A stretch of DNA of 64,000 bases from contig CM068751.1 of assembly GCA_035084275.1 (NCBI GenBank), forward strand, positions 8,990,001-9,054,000, in the 5' to 3' direction. This document shows, piece by piece, positions 63,303 through 64,000 of the stretch (position 1 is its first letter; each line of letters opens with the position of its first letter). The notes beneath the pieces are model-generated. The model saw only the letters and a program-made list of their open reading frames with translations. It was not told where the DNA came from and searched no databases. This stretch comes from Hydrolagus colliei (Eukaryota). A program made the translations under genes and the position numbers.

Positions 63303-63850
63303 AGTAATGATCTTGCATTTGATATAGCGCTTTTCATGCCATCTCGAAATCTCAAAGAGCTTCACAGAGTATACTAAGGAAACTACCAGTATATAAAGTG
63401 AATTGACTGTATATTTGTGGGCGAAACGTGGCAGCCAATTGCGCACAGCAGTGTGGAGTAAGGAAACTTGCCCAAGGTTTCGCCCTGACCTGCCAGGAGC
63501 TCCACAATGGCAGAAGAAATTGTCTAACTTTGTGTCGAGTCCTGTAGCTCAGTGGTTAGAACACCCGCCTTACAAGCGAGAGACCTGGGTTCAATTCCAG
63601 GCAGGGCGAAACCTTGCGCAAGTTTCCTTACACCACATGTCTATTAATAATCACTTCACAAAAAAACCCAATAATAAATTTGTCATTTCAATCCATGGCT
63701 GTTTGTGGGACACTGCTGTGGTTGGCTACTGCGATTTGCCCTCAAATATACAGTCAATTTACTTTACAGTATATTCTGTGAAGGGCTTTGAGACGGCTAG
63801 AAGATGTGAAAAGCTCAATGTCAAATGTAAGGATTATTATTATAATAATA
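63303..63850. mobile_element. Two SINE copies head-to-head (~63303-63505 -, ~63536-63850 +)
   Basis: Family consensus; the left copy is internally deleted. Confidence 0.85.
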
Positions 63851-64000
63851 ATAGTATTCAAATAAAATTACGATCACCGAATTTAGTTCTTCCACTGAAC
63901 AAGCATTTAACATTCAATAATCAACACTTACTGTGGACTCTACCAACAGCAACAAATTACATATAGCGTCTTTCACTACCAAACCATAAAACCCTTTGAG

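Overview
Vertebrate nuclear DNA. The repeat content (L2, CR1, Deu-type SINEs, Penelope-type ends) suggests a cartilaginous fish, possibly a chimaera; this is an inference. Three protein-coding genes lie on the minus strand: KPNA4 (importin alpha, exons 1-3 plus a CpG-island promoter, ~974-6200), the intronless small GTPase ARL14 (11344-11934), and PPM1L (PP2C-epsilon, exons 2-4 plus a ~2.5 kb 3'UTR; exon 1 was not found and should lie beyond base 64000). The rest is intergenic or intronic. It is dominated by ~45 copies or fragments of one tRNA-derived SINE whose tail resembles the L2 tail, plus L2 and CR1 3' fragments, older Deu/LF-type SINE relics, one Tigger-like MITE, one solo LTR and Penelope-type ends with decayed hammerhead motifs. 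Most ORFs in the supplied track are repeat-derived or low-complexity artefacts. The most unusual signals are: a degenerate 32-bp tandem array of phased NF-Y/CCAAT boxes in the KPNA4 promoter; a near full-length miR-101-complementary site in the PPM1L 3'UTR; gene orientations that differ from the human locus as I recall it; and a headless element that may bridge the L2 3'UTR and the SINE body. Repeat boundaries are approximate, and all family and gene names come from recognition, not from database searches.
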